Shown here one piece after another: positions 1 to 9,270 of a DNA stretch of 64,000 nt. Numbering within the stretch: position 1 is the stretch's first letter; each line of letters starts with the position of its first letter. Under the pieces are notes generated by a model that worked only from the letters and a program-made list of their open reading frames with translations, searched no databases and was not told where the DNA came from. A program made the translations under genes and the position numbers. The stretch comes from Candidatus Poseidoniaceae archaeon (GTDB lineage Archaea > Thermoplasmatota > Poseidoniia > Poseidoniales > Poseidoniaceae), in the NCBI GenBank assembly GCA_938075675.1, contig CALJHE010000005.1:71097-135096 (forward strand), written 5' to 3'.

Positions 1-3000
1 CCAGCCGAATCGGTAGCATCAATCCAGAAAACAACTTCAACACTGTCGATTTGAGATTCGTCAGGGTCAGTCTGTCCCTCTGTAATTGGCCAAAGATCAA
101 CACATTCTGCTGAAGCAAAGTACGAACCACCGCTCGGGTTGAGCGTCAATTCTTGCGTCAATGGCATGTCACCAAAGGTTGCTCGGTAAACGGGCCATGT
201 GATGTTGTTTGTTGGGTCTGAGAAGAAACTCCAAGCAACAGAAACATCTCCTTGGAACAGTGCTTCCTGCTCTTGGATGACGACTTCTACATCGACGCAA
301 TGGAAGGTCGAGGTTGGCAGAACATTCGCCAACGGCTCTTGGTTTCCATCTTTCAGAGTCCATGTGTTTGAGACAACCAGAGGAGCAGATGCATCGACTC
401 TCAAATTGAAGGTCTGACATCCGTATGCCTCTGAAACGCAAATTGCAGAGGATGTATCGACTGCGCCCATAGGCAAACCTTCGATTCCACCGCCGCACTC
501 TCCGTTTGCTCCACCGTCGCCGCCAGTTGCATCGTAAGGACACAATCGGAATGTGTAGGTGTAGTCATTTGTGACCGGTGGTGCAGTGATGTTGATGTCA
601 AAGACACCTCCAGTGAACGAATGGTATGTGACTTCTCCAGGGAAGGCAATGTAGCCTTTGGAACCGTCCATAGAAGCAGCCTGACGTGTCAATTCAAGCG
701 TCAATTCAATTTCAGGAGTAATGTAGACTTGGTCGAGGATTCCGTCAAGGTAAGCGTATTGTCCTTCAAACGAAATGATATCGCCTGGATAAACGAAGCC
801 CTTTCGAACGTCTTGGGTAATTGGTGTCATCAAGTCACTAAAGAACGGTGAAATCATCAAATCGTTTGCAGAGTCTGCACGGAAATCAAGTTGGATTCCG
901 TCGCTGTAGTACCAGTCTTGAATGTGGCGTCCGGATGCCGGCAACATTCTGTATCGAGGGTTGTCAAGGTCTTGCATGTAGAGAACAGGGTTGTTGAGTG
1001 AAGTTGTAGCACCTGGCAAGCCCCATGTCATACGGATCGGGAGATCAAGATAGAACTCAGTTTCGAACGGATCAATCAACACACCGCCATCCATGCGTAA
1101 GACCCGTGGACCTTCGACATCGCCGTCTTCAGCAATGATTTCGATGTATGGACTGTTCGTCCATGCCGTGTTGTTACGAGGGTAGTAGTACACTGTCATG
1201 TCATCTCGGTCGTCAGCCATGTCGATACGGAAGTAATCAACATCTCTCCATCCGTTGTCGTCCTTAGCCTCTACGATGAGGTGATACACGTTACCAGCGT
1301 ACATGGTATGGTTCCACTTTCCGTTGTATTGCTGTTGATTCGATTTGAGGAATCGGTTATCTTGTGAATCGTCAACAAAGAAGTTTCGAATGACTGGAGA
1401 CTTGGAACTCATTGATACATAGGTAAAGAGGTCGTTTTCAAATCCAGGTGCGCCGCCGTCAATTGGGTTTCCTGCCTTGTCAAATCCTTCAATCCAAATG
1501 CTGACCTTGCCAACAGGGTCTTGTCCAACGTTTGCATAGTCGTTGTAGGTTGCCGTGTAATTTGCGAATGGGGCCTCTCCATCGCTGTAAGCGGTCACAG
1601 TGATGTATTCTGATTCATCTGCAAGCCCGTTTGAGTTCGCATCGTGATCGTACTCGACCCAAATCTTGATGTCGAGCGATTCAGGAGGGTTCGGTAAGTC
1701 ACTTGCATTCATTCGAATTTGTTGTGTAGCAGACGGAACAACCCATGTATCGTCGACCATAACACGCCAGTTGCTGTCAAGCGATGGGTCAACTTGGCCG
1801 TTCAGTACTTCGACAACCAGCAAATTCGGATCCAAGGTGTCAATCGAGAGATTGAATGGAATAGCACAATCACTGTCGGGTCGGAATACAGCCGCAGGAC
1901 AGAGTGTCTCTCCACCCTCGTAGCCATCAATTCGGAATCTGTATGTGTCTTGACCTGCGGCCATACCGAGGTCGACATCCCAAGTGAAATCGCCGCCAGG
2001 TAGACCGGAGCGGTTCGCTACTGAAATCCATTCAATCGAGATGTTACCATCGGTGTTGTTGACGTACTTTTGTTCAAGGACCATGAAGTAGCCACTCGGG
2101 TCAGGTGAAATGGACAGGTTTTCAAGACGGATAGCACCGTTGAGGGTGACCGTTTGTCCGGAAGTTCCGTCATCAAGGTCTTGTACAAGTCCGATGTTGT
2201 TGAGGACTTCAAACGAAGTAACTACAGCGTCGTTCTCTACAGCGTTACCACCGACAGGAGCAAGAAGAACTGCGTCTGGAAGTCCATTAACGCCGTTGGA
2301 GGAAATTGAACCTGAATAGATTCGAACTTCATCGGTATCTTCCCACTCCGAGTTTACGACAAACCGCCAAGTGATTTCCTTACCATCTGCGATGGTCGTA
2401 GCAGTCGAAGATTCGAGAGTAATTAGATCTCCAATGTCAGATACTTCAGAGAACAGCAGGGTATCACTGTAGCCAAGAATGACATTGCCAGTGTCCGACT
2501 CAAAGGTCAAACGAGCCTCAACGAGAGTGGAGCCAGTCAGGGGGCTCACTGTGTGAGTGGTCGTAATTTCGTAGATAGCTCCGTTTGGATACAATCCGAC
2601 TGGGTTTCCAGCCAGACTGATGGAGTTATCGTATCCACTCGAGGTTGAAACCATGAGATTTGACAATGCTGCTCCTCCGCCTGTAGAACTCGTGAAGGTC
2701 ATCGGAACTTCAGCTGTAGAGCCGCCATCCCACAAAGCAATGCCCTTGTTCAACTCACGGTCAAAGCCATCTGCTGAACCGAGTGACACGGTGTAATTGT
2801 AAACGACATCGAGGTCACGAACCGTCACTTGAGACGCAGTTGAAGCGTTTGGCGATTCTGCTTTCAAACGGAAAGTCTGCCATTCCTTCCCGTAAGCATC
2901 GTAGTGACTAACTGGCACCAAAGCATTGCCGAGCAAAGAGTTCAGTGCTGATTTGAGATCAAGGTTTGGTGCGTTACCAAGCATGAGAAGCGTCGTGTTC

Positions 3001-5120
3001 TCGACACTGCCCAAAGCAACTTCCTGAGTACCGGAGAGAAGAGACAATTCGAATCCTTCTGTTGGATCCGTATTCGAGAAGATTCCCATCTGATCAAAGA
3101 CCAAATCAACTGAGGAAACTTCTGCTCCTTTGGGCAGCATAAACATTGCACCTTCGGCAACACCTGTGCTGTCGATGATGAGATCAGAGGATGATTGTCC
3201 GTAGTTTACTCCATCAACCTTAGCCTTCAAGAATTGAGTTTGGCGTCCGAAACTTCCGAACGCCTCTTCATCGAATCCCCAGTCAATGTGCCCATCGTTA
3301 GCAACATCCAACTGGAGATCATCGGGATGGTGGCCAAACGTAAGGTCAAACCAAATGCCACCCACATCACACGGGTCCTCGAAGGAAACCAGGGAGTCAA
3401 ATCCGAACCATGGTTCATCCAAAATATATTCGACACCGCTGGCGAGTTGGTTCAATGAGTTACCTCCTTGAGAAAAGAGGTCAATCATAGGGACTTCAGT
3501 ACAGCTTGCCTCGACATACGGTTTAATGCGGGTAATTGGTCGATCGAAACTACTGTGCTGGAGCGTTGGCGTGTACGATGCATCATCCAGAATCGGTGTA
3601 TACAATAACGGTTCACCATCGCCGAGTGTCGACCAGACGCCTTGGAAAATGTTCGGTATTTCGTCGTATTGGGAGGCGTTCAACCCCGTACCAACACGTG
3701 TGCCAATGCTGAATCCGTGGAACACTGGAGTGGAGAGGCGGTCAGGCCCGGAATTGAATGTGAACCTAAAGTCGATCGAAGGGTGTTCGGTCGAATTAAT
3801 GCCCCACAATTCGATGATGTCTCCTTGAAGGTTGGTCATTGCATGACCTTGTCGGTCATGAACGATTGAACCGGTTGACGAATCAAGCACATCAACCGAA
3901 ATCGTGGCTGTGCTGGTTGTTTCGGTTTCAAGCGTGAGGAGACCGTATCCGTTCGGTTGGTTCGGGCCACCGGAGTTTGATGGCAGGAATCCGTTAATAC
4001 TCATGTTTGCGGATGCTGGAAGAGGATCTCCCACTCGGAAGTTGTCGACATACCAACCGGCTTTGCCACCATCGGTGCCGAGGACATCATTGTCTTCCAT
4101 AACAAAGCGAATCTGAACGTATTGTCCCGTGTATGGGCCCAAATCTACGGCAATGTTTGCCCAACCGTTCGGATTGCTGGCAGTCGTTGATGTGCCACCA
4201 AGAGCACCGTCTCCTGGAGTAACGCCGTCGCATCTCGAATCAATCTGCCCTGCGGTATTTTGGTTGGTGGATACAGTGTAGTATCCGGAGCTCCAACTCA
4301 ATGAAGAATTTGCAAGACTAATTTCCAAATAATCAAATCCATTCGGGTCGTTGACATCGAGGTCATCGTTTTGAGAGGCGCGTATTTCGAGGTAAGCACA
4401 ATCACGGTAGTAGACGGATGGGTTGGTTCCGCTGCTGGTGCCAATGTCCAAGTCGTGCCACGAGTCAAAGTAAGCGAGGGTACTCTTGAGTGAGGAATCG
4501 ATGAAAATAGTCTCAGAGGTCATCATGTATTGGCGGCCGTTTGCTCCTGCGTTCTTATTGGTGTAGTCCTCGTCATAGAGCCCAGTGCCCCAGCAATAGG
4601 TGCCGCTTGCACAATCTGGAATATCGATGTTCGGTGTAACTGTGGTTGGGTCAATAGAACCATGGTCCCATCCGTGTGCCCCACCGGACAATGCTCGGTG
4701 GTCCATGAAACCGGACGGAGTTTCTTCAAAATCGGTGAGGAAGCCCTCGGACTTTAATTCGACAGGAACCGCGTTTGAACCGTCTTCGTAGACGAAATCG
4801 GCGACGTTCGAGAACTTTGTCAGTTGGTTGTTGTACATTGGATTCCAAACACGAGGCATGGTCTCCAAGTCAATCCGTGTGTGCGCAGTGTGTTCAAGCA
4901 TCGAAGTCGAAAGATCGACCGATGCACTGGTCACAGTTTCAGACGCCGGGAGGTGAATCATTCCCTCATCAACAAACGGGCTTCCGTCTCTCAGTTCGAT
5001 TTCTTCAGTGGCATCTCCGTCTCCAAATGTGGACACGTTTGCTGCTGCAGCGAACGGCGCCAAGAGCATCAGGAATACAAGGAAAAATGCTGATTTTAGT
5101 TGTTGATTGTCGTTCGTCAA
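1..5120 (-). CDS. Giant secreted, probably N-glycosylated cell-surface protein A. 5'-partial in this window: the C-terminus lies beyond position 1, leaving more than 1,700 aa here.
   Basis: One minus-strand frame is open from the window start to about 5120. This ORF is absent from the ORF track, presumably because it is incomplete; I translated the 5' end by hand. The N-terminus reads MTNDNQQLKSAFFLVFLMLLAPFAAAANVSTFGDGDATEEIELRDG, a Sec-type signal peptide, if translation starts at TTG 5120..5118. The in-frame ATG at 5069 would leave too short a hydrophobic region. The protein is rich in Ser/Thr/Asn/Asp with many N-x-S/T sequons. Every other ORF across 169..5100 is short and overlapping, consistent with shadow ORFs. 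Confidence 0.6.
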   Translation of the reverse strand, partial: MTNDNQQLKSAFFLVFLMLLAPFAAAANVSTFGDGDATEEIELRDGSPFVDEGMIHLPASETVTSASVDLSTSMLEHTAHTRIDLETMPRVWNPMYNNQLTKFSNVADFVYEDGSNAVPVELKSEGFLTDFEETPSGFMDHRALSGGAHGWDHGSIDPTTVTPNIDIPDCASGTYCWGTGLYDEDYTNKNAGANGRQYMMTSETIFIDSSLKSTLAYFDSWHDLDIGTSSGTNPSVYYRDCAYLEIRASQNDDLDVNDPNGFDYLEISLANSSLSWSSGYYTVSTNQNTAGQIDSRCDGVTPGDGALGGTSTTASNPNGWANIAVDLGPYTGQYVQIRFVMEDNDVLGTDGGKAGWYVDNFRVGDPLPASANMSINGFLPSNSGGPNQPNGYGLLTLETETTSTATISVDVLDSSTGSIVHDRQGHAMTNLQGDIIELWGINSTEHPSIDFRFTFNSGPDRLSTPVFHGFSIGTRVGTGLNASQYDEIPNIFQGVWSTLGDGEPLLYTPILDDASYTPTLQHSSFDRPITRIKPYVEASCTEVPMIDLFSQGGNSLNQLASGVEYILDEPWFGFDSLVSFEDPCDVGGIWFDLTFGHHPDDLQLDVANDGHIDWGFDEEAFGSFGRQTQFLKAKVDGVNYGQSSSDLIIDSTGVAEGAMFMLPKGAEVSSVDLVFDQMGIFSNTDPTEGFELSLLSGTQEVALGSVENTTLLMLGNAPNLDLKSALNSLLGNALVPVSHYDAYGKEWQTFRLKAESPNASTASQVTVRDLDVVYNYTVSLGSADGFDRELNKGIALWDGGSTAEVPMTFTSSTGGGAALSNLMVSTSSGYDNSISLAGNPVGLYPNGAIYEITTTHTVSPLTGSTLVEARLTFESDTGNVILGYSDTLLFSEVSDIGDLITLESSTATTIADGKEITWRFVVNSEWEDTDEVRIYSGSISSNGVNGLPDAVLLAPVGGNAVENDAVVTSFEVLNNIGLVQDLDDGTSGQTVTLNGAIRLENLSISPDPSGYFMVLEQKYVNNTDGNISIEWISVANRSGLPGGDFTWDVDLGMAAGQDTYRFRIDGYEGGETLCPAAVFRPDSDCAIPFNLSIDTLDPNLLVVEVLNGQVDPSLDSNWRVMVDDTWVVPSATQQIRMNASDLPNPPESLDIKIWVEYDHDANSNGLADESEYITVTAYSDGEAPFANYTATYNDYANVGQDPVGKVSIWIEGFDKAGNPIDGGAPGFENDLFTYVSMSSKSPVIRNFFVDDSQDNRFLKSNQQQYNGKWNHTMYAGNVYHLIVEAKDDNGWRDVDYFRIDMADDRDDMTVYYYPRNNTAWTNSPYIEIIAEDGDVEGPRVLRMDGGVLIDPFETEFYLDLPIRMTWGLPGATTSLNNPVLYMQDLDNPRYRMLPASGRHIQDWYYSDGIQLDFRADSANDLMISPFFSDLMTPITQDVRKGFVYPGDIISFEGQYAYLDGILDQVYITPEIELTLELTRQAASMDGSKGYIAFPGEVTYHSFTGGVFDINITAPPVTNDYTYTFRLCPYDATGGDGGANGECGGGIEGLPMGAVDTSSAICVSEAYGCQTFNLRVDASAPLVVSNTWTLKDGNQEPLANVLPTSTFHCVDVEVVIQEQEALFQGDVSVAWSFFSDPTNNITWPVYRATFGDMPLTQELTLNPSGGSYFASAECVDLWPITEGQTDPDESQIDSVEVVFWIDATDSA

Positions 5121-5185
5121 AGACTCACCCGATGTCTTCCGAGGATTCCTTCACCTATAATCGCAACGGACTGTTGCCCCACAAT

Positions 5186-5202
5186 CCCCTCCTACGGAGG
5201 GG
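5186..5202. other. GC-rich stem-loop CCCCTCC-TAC-GGAGGGG, a perfect 7-bp stem with a 3-nt loop, lying between the ThiI-like gene stop and the protein A start
   Basis: Read directly from the sequence. There is no adjacent T-run. A very similar element, CGCCCCC-TAC-GGGGGCG, occurs at 43745..43761. Confidence 0.4.
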
Positions 5203-5221
5203 TCGGAAACTCAGGTTCGAA

Positions 5222-5971
5222 TCAGAGCTCCACAATTCTACGATTCTTCCAAGCATCCTGTGTGATATTATCGAGGCCACCGAGCCTCTGTTCACTCTTT
5301 TCCAACCATTCTAAATTCGCAATCGTGGTCGGCAAGGATGGCCCTAATGCATCGCAGACCTCAGGGCCGATACTCAACTCGAAGGTTCCAAGACCTTGTG
5401 ACATGTGCATGATAGCGGTTTTGTCAAACCCAAGTAACGGCCGAAGCATTTCTAATGCAGTCACCCGTTCAATCGCCCCCAAATTACCAAGGGTTTGAGA
5501 TGAAACTTGGCCCAAGTTCTCTCCGGTCAAAAGATGCGTTGCTCCTACTTCTTTACCCGCTAAATCTCCAAGGCAACTGTACAGGCGTTTCATGTGAATG
5601 AAATACTCCGTATGGCACCATTTTTTCGTGAATAAAGCCAACTGTTCCGCAACTGGCACGACCGTCAAAGAGGTGGATAACTGACGCCGCGCAGCCTCGC
5701 CAATTGGGCCGTCCATTTGGAGGAAAAATCGAAGTGCTGCAATCGTTTTCTGTTCTGCCTCAGGTCCGGTCACGGGCTCCTGCGTGCAGTGAACGGGGTG
5801 GATGTACCAACCTTCCCTTAACATCCGCGCAACAGCAACCGGCGAATCAATACCTCCCGAGACCAAAGCAATACACACTTTGTCCTCGACCATAGTCGTG
5901 GGCAATCGCTCAAGGTCAAGAAACCACCTCAAGAGGATTTCATCGCCGCATGAGTTCTTGAGGGAGAACAT
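5222..5971 (-). CDS. ThiI-like PP-loop ATP pyrophosphatase domain protein (tRNA 4-thiouridine / thiamine sulfur-transfer family) that lacks an N-terminal THUMP domain
   Basis: SGGIDSPVA PP-loop motif near the N-terminus. 249 aa. The domain order resembles the ThiI C-terminal half. Confidence 0.5.
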   Translation of the reverse strand: MFSLKNSCGDEILLRWFLDLERLPTTMVEDKVCIALVSGGIDSPVAVARMLREGWYIHPVHCTQEPVTGPEAEQKTIAALRFFLQMDGPIGEAARRQLSTSLTVVPVAEQLALFTKKWCHTEYFIHMKRLYSCLGDLAGKEVGATHLLTGENLGQVSSQTLGNLGAIERVTALEMLRPLLGFDKTAIMHMSQGLGTFELSIGPEVCDALGPSLPTTIANLEWLEKSEQRLGGLDNITQDAWKNRRIVEL

Positions 5972-5983
5972 ATTGGCGATGCC

Positions 5984-6445
5984 ATGGAACCTTACTCAAA
6001 AGAGCCCGCTACGCTGATTGAGCACGTATTTCCCGGGGATACCAACGCCTATGACACTCTGTTTGGAGGAAAATTACTCTCACTGATGGATAAAGCCGGA
6101 GGAATCGCCTGCGCTAAATTCGCACACAGAGAATTCGTTACGATATCGATTGATGCATTGACATTCATCGCCCCAGCCCGGCAAGGAGACTTGCTGGAAG
6201 TCACCGGGAAAGTCGTTTTTACGAGCAGTCATACGGCATGTACCAAAGTCACGGCAGTCGCCGTCAACAAAGCCACATGGGAGAAAAAGAAAATTTGTGA
6301 AGGGTTCTTCTTTTTCGTTGCGATTGACTCGATGATGCGACCAATACCAATTCCTCAATTTGTCGTAGAACAAGACGACGAGCAAGAAGACTGGGACCAT
6401 GCTAAAAACATTCGAGAACAGATGTTGGCAAATCGTAAGAAGTGA
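5984..6445 (+). CDS. Acyl-CoA thioesterase (hotdog fold, acyl-CoA hydrolase family)
   Basis: Motifs GDTNAYDTLFGGKLLSLMDKAGGIACAKFA...VTISIDALTFIAPARQGDLLEV are typical of BFIT/Acot-type hotdog thioesterases. Confidence 0.6.
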   Translation: MEPYSKEPATLIEHVFPGDTNAYDTLFGGKLLSLMDKAGGIACAKFAHREFVTISIDALTFIAPARQGDLLEVTGKVVFTSSHTACTKVTAVAVNKATWEKKKICEGFFFFVAIDSMMRPIPIPQFVVEQDDEQEDWDHAKNIREQMLANRKK

Positions 6446-6487
6446 AACAACCCCTACCTTCATGTGACCCACATTGGTGGAGCAAAC

Positions 6488-7507
6488 ATGCCTGTCCTTA
6501 ACATTGCAATGATTGGTTCCGATGAATTGGCGAGAGAAATCGCCAAACCAACCGACCAGAGGGACGTTCACACCTATGTCCACAAAGAATCAGGCAGCGA
6601 TGGCCCTCGGATTCTCTCGTTGATACGACCGGCAAAATACCCTGAGCGTTTGCGCCCCTTCCTCAACGCCCTTTCCGCTGCCAGAGTTGGCATCATCGAG
6701 GTTTCTGGAATTGATGCAACGCTTGGCGAAGCACTGGTCGCTTTTGCAAGTGCCAACATTACAAAAGGAATCGGCATCATCAACGCTCCAGACGGTGGAT
6801 GGGTAGACGAAGACCAAGTGAAAATGCTGTTCAAGCAAGCAGGGTTAGGCGAATGGTCGTTCGGTTCGACTGACGGCATAGATCTTCGAAATTCTTTGTA
6901 TCAATACATGGATGACATTGCTGATGAGTTATCCGCAAATGCCAAAGCGCCTCTCGTTATTCCGGTCGATCAATACTTCAATGTCAAAGGCATTGGATTG
7001 GTTGCTATCGGCTACGTTCAATCAGGAACAGTCAATGTTCATGACGAGGTTTTCTTACTCCCCTCAAACGGTACAGGAAGCGCCAAATCATTGCAAGTAA
7101 TGGACGACGATGTGCCCTCAGCAACCGCAGGCGACAGAGTAGGGCTTGCCCTTCGAGGCGCTAAAGAAGACCACCTTGGCAGTGGGACATTACTGGTCCA
7201 CCCTGCCGTTGAAGACAAGAAAACCAACACGAGTGTTCCCTTGGCTGTTGTTGCTCACGAACGCTCGACAATGAAACTCAGCCGATCACCTTTCCAAAAG
7301 CGTGTTCTTGCCGAAGGTGATGTTGTTCACGCAAGCGTTGATCTGCAATTTGTGGTCGGTCGCATTGGCGCTGTAAACGGCGATGAGATGGATGTTACTT
7401 GGGAATCACCCCTGTATATTCGTAGAGAAAATCCTGAAGCAACACTCATTGCTCAACTCGATTCAAAACCTCGAATAATGGGGAATGCAGTGCTCACACT
7501 AAAGTGA
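6488..7507 (+). CDS. EF-1alpha/EF-Tu-like three-domain protein with a degenerate G domain (pseudo-GTPase paralogue)
   Basis: LNIAMIGSDELAREIAK aligns to the EF1A P-loop region, but GHVDHGKST is replaced by GSDELAREI, so there is no GKS/T. Beta-barrel domain-2-like sequence is present (VKGIGLVAIGYVQSGTVNVHDEVFLLP). ATG at 6488. Confidence 0.5.
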   Translation: MPVLNIAMIGSDELAREIAKPTDQRDVHTYVHKESGSDGPRILSLIRPAKYPERLRPFLNALSAARVGIIEVSGIDATLGEALVAFASANITKGIGIINAPDGGWVDEDQVKMLFKQAGLGEWSFGSTDGIDLRNSLYQYMDDIADELSANAKAPLVIPVDQYFNVKGIGLVAIGYVQSGTVNVHDEVFLLPSNGTGSAKSLQVMDDDVPSATAGDRVGLALRGAKEDHLGSGTLLVHPAVEDKKTNTSVPLAVVAHERSTMKLSRSPFQKRVLAEGDVVHASVDLQFVVGRIGAVNGDEMDVTWESPLYIRRENPEATLIAQLDSKPRIMGNAVLTLK

Positions 7508-7592
7508 ACCACTCGGCGAGTGAAGGACGGTCGAATTATCGCCGTCACATTACAACCAACGGTCGGTGGTTTGATAACCCAGCACATGCGGT

Positions 7593-9269
7593 TTGCGCGC
7601 TGGGATGCGCACTAAAGTTCAGGAGAAAGGTCCTGCTCGTGCAGAAGACTTTGAACTCATCAAAGCACTGCATTTGGCAGGCTCGGGGAGAGTCCGAGCG
7701 TCAGTGGATGAGCGCATGCTGTCTCTCGAGACCCGAAGCGGTCACGGACTGGACCTTCGATTATCCAATATATCCCGTGTTCATCATCACCATACTCGAC
7801 TTGTTCCTTTCTCGTTCGCCCTCATCGGCGCAGGCCTCCTCTATATTGCACAACGAATACTGATTCCAAACACGCTACAGATGGTTACTGCAGCCTTTGG
7901 AGTCGCATTCATCCTCGGTTGGCTGGGTACGCGAAAGCCTACGCTCACCCTCGATACAGAAGCTGGAGATTGCCACACCATTACCGGCAACGACGCCTCA
8001 TTGATGCGATTAGCCACACTTCTCAAACGGCTCGAAAGCGGGATGAGCCTTGAAGACGCTCGAATCGGCTTGGACATTCTCGACCGAGACACCGAATTTC
8101 CACGCACTGCAATTCGTGAACTGCAAGAAGTTCCTGTTCAACCGGTTCACATCCAAGCACCTACATCCATTGGAACATTCCTTACCGATATACTTCCTGA
8201 AGACGAAATCCCCGACTCTGTGGTCTCTTTGGACCTCTTTAACAACGAAATAGATTTGGACTTTGGAGACAACAATCCTCTCTCGAACGGATGGATGACT
8301 GGCGATGACATTTCAGAGCCTGTGGCACGAGCGGAACACGGGCTGCTGTCAAGAGGTATCGCCAACGCATACGACCGAAGAGGCGCAGCCCCTCAAGTAA
8401 CCCAAAGGCCCGAACTTCACTACGCCAACCATCCGCCTGCACAATTCCCTACAACCACCACACAAAGGCCTGTTTCCTCCTTCCAACACATCGCTCAATC
8501 GACCACTGCTGAACTACCAAGAGAACATCAAGATGTTCATTCAACTGATGCGCCTCGGTCGTTCATTCCGAATTTCCATGGCCCGAATGGTGTTCATGTG
8601 CCTGGCTATTCGGAGCATGACCAGCGTATCGAATCCTTCGAGACGACCGACATGTTTCGCTCGCCTGATTCATTGCAACCTGAGGCTGAACCAACTACTT
8701 CGTTAATCGAAAGCGCTCGGATGGTGGATACTACAGAAACTCCAACACCTGCTGTTCCAAAGATTGAATCACACACACGAGGAAGCCGCCTAAGGCCGAA
8801 AAGCGCTCAACGCCCGAGTACACGCCTACGGCCGAAAGCTCGTTCACGTACCACCTCTGCGAATCGGTTCTCTAACATGGTGAGGCCTGCTGCTGCACAA
8901 ATGATTGGAAACGCAACTGAAATGGCGAACCGATTATTCAGCGCTCGAAACGAACAACAAACCACTGAAGAGTCGTCATCTACCAGAGAGTTGCGACAAC
9001 GTTCTGCTGAAACGCTGCAATCCGAATCGATAGAATCGATACTGAACCTCTCGATAAAAAGAGGTGGCCATTTACTTGACAGCGACATAGAGGTAATGCT
9101 CGCCCACATGGATCGAAGACAAACATTCATGGAACAAGATGAGCAAGCGAAGCAAGATGTTGCGCCGTTACCACATCTCGATGATGTGTCGTTTGAAGAA
9201 CTCAAAGACAGCAAAACACATCATGCTGAGCACGCAGGTAAGGCCGGTTTGCCTCGCCTCGACCTGTGA
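7593..9269 (+). CDS. Hypothetical membrane-anchored protein with a long low-complexity tail (two predicted TM helices near the N-terminus; tail rich in Thr/Ser/Pro/Arg/Glu)
   Basis: Long ORF of 558 aa in a coding-dense region. The segments LVPFSFALIGAGLLYIAQRILI and LQMVTAAFGVAFILGWLG are hydrophobic. The remainder is compositionally biased, with no recognisable domain. Confidence 0.35.
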   Translation: MRAGMRTKVQEKGPARAEDFELIKALHLAGSGRVRASVDERMLSLETRSGHGLDLRLSNISRVHHHHTRLVPFSFALIGAGLLYIAQRILIPNTLQMVTAAFGVAFILGWLGTRKPTLTLDTEAGDCHTITGNDASLMRLATLLKRLESGMSLEDARIGLDILDRDTEFPRTAIRELQEVPVQPVHIQAPTSIGTFLTDILPEDEIPDSVVSLDLFNNEIDLDFGDNNPLSNGWMTGDDISEPVARAEHGLLSRGIANAYDRRGAAPQVTQRPELHYANHPPAQFPTTTTQRPVSSFQHIAQSTTAELPREHQDVHSTDAPRSFIPNFHGPNGVHVPGYSEHDQRIESFETTDMFRSPDSLQPEAEPTTSLIESARMVDTTETPTPAVPKIESHTRGSRLRPKSAQRPSTRLRPKARSRTTSANRFSNMVRPAAAQMIGNATEMANRLFSARNEQQTTEESSSTRELRQRSAETLQSESIESILNLSIKRGGHLLDSDIEVMLAHMDRRQTFMEQDEQAKQDVAPLPHLDDVSFEELKDSKTHHAEHAGKAGLPRLDL

Positions 9270-9270
9270 A

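Noticed and set aside
5186-5202. Annotating the GC hairpins as intrinsic terminators
   Set aside because: No flanking oligo-T tract, which archaeal termination normally requires. Kept as structural elements of unknown role.
4775-5314. 179-aa plus-strand ORF spanning the protein A N-terminus and the intergenic hairpin
   Set aside because: It overlaps the signal-peptide-encoding 5' end of the minus-strand giant gene, crosses an intergenic region, and has low-complexity Arg-rich composition. It is a shadow ORF.
6464-7507. Calling the EF-Tu-like protein a functional translational GTPase (aEF1A/SelB)
   Set aside because: The P-loop GxxxxGK[ST] is absent at the aligned position, so I call it a degenerate paralogue and not an elongation factor.
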